Below are positions 58,976 through 59,557 of a stretch of DNA of 59,557 bases, in pieces. Below the pieces are notes generated by a model that ran no database searches, was not told the origin of the DNA, and saw nothing but the letters and a program-made list of their open reading frames with translations. The stretch's first letter is position 1, and every line of letters begins with the position of its first letter. Source of the stretch: Neovahlkampfia damariscottae (Eukaryota). Both the position numbers and the translations under genes were made by a program. The DNA lies in contig JABLTG010000132.1 of the NCBI GenBank assembly GCA_016618085.1, forward strand, positions 1 through 59,557, given 5' to 3'.

Positions 58976-59300
58976 TTATTGTTTCATTTTTAAGATTGCA
59001 GCTTTCATTTCATCATAAGAAATTGATGAATCTTTGTCAGTGTCAAGATAACTGAACTGTGAAAGTACACTTACAACACCCCATTTTCCATCTTTATCTG
59101 CTTTAATAAATTTACTGACATCATCAGAAAACTTTTCAAATTCCTTTAACTTTTTAAAAAAAACAATATTTTTTGTTTACAAAGAGCTCTATTTTTCCAT
59201 TTTTATTTTTGTCATAAGTGTTAAATAGATTTTGAATTTCTTTTTCTTGGTCTGGGTTTTCCAAAGCAGATTGAAGTTTTTTTACGTTTGTGTTTCCCAT
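58976..59300 (-). CDS. Small N-myristoylated two-EF-hand protein (type B, copy 2)
   Basis: MGNTNVKK, with the same intron position as B copy 1; loops DKNKNGKIELFE and DTDKDSSISYDE. Confidence 0.85.
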
Positions 59301-59557
59301 TAGTTCACCAAAGACGTTTTTATTATTAGCCAATCATGAGGTTGCACGGCCAATGAATTGATGGTTATTGTGATAAAAGTGGCCAATTCGATTTAATTTT
59401 GCCAGTTATTTTTAGAATTTTTACTTGAAGTTGTTCAACTAGAAAATACTGAAAAAGATCTCAAGTATTTAAAATGTCCAAACAGCTCAAATTGGATTCA
59501 TTTTGGAAAGAAAAAAATGTTACTTCAACATCAACAACAGAAGTGATAAAAAAGAGA

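Noticed and set aside
1..59557. CRISPR arrays, tRNA/rRNA genes, transposases, prokaryotic operons
   Set aside because: None recognisable. The fragmented ORFs are explained by short spliceosomal introns.

Overview
Very AT-rich, extremely gene-dense eukaryotic (protist) nuclear DNA in the standard genetic code. It has tiny GT-AG introns (about 27-42 nt), intergenic gaps down to 8-13 bp, and a CCAAT box just upstream of almost every ATG. The compact architecture and two RGS-domain genes are compatible with a heterolobosean-like amoeba (inference only). Recognisable genes: DTWD1-like, RasGEF, ABCC transporter, cytochrome P450, PH-VPS9, PB1-UBA (p62-like), XMAP215/CKAP5, acid ceramidase-like, DDX21, RAD51, phenylalanine hydroxylase, an atypical Rho and four small myristoylated EF-hand proteins, plus three probable pseudogenes. 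Two things stand out. (1) At 28.0-30.5 kb, three intronless genes encode secreted, extremely cationic proteins; two are paralogous and have a signal peptide, an acidic pro-piece, amphipathic 18/22-residue helical repeats and a shared C-terminal motif, as in antimicrobial-peptide precursors. (2) At 30.6-36.5 kb, one spliced gene joins ARM repeats, a degenerate RhoGAP, a DH-like domain, a degenerate TBC Rab-GAP and an apparently intact DOCK DHR-2 GEF. All domain calls are by eye from motifs; no database search was run.
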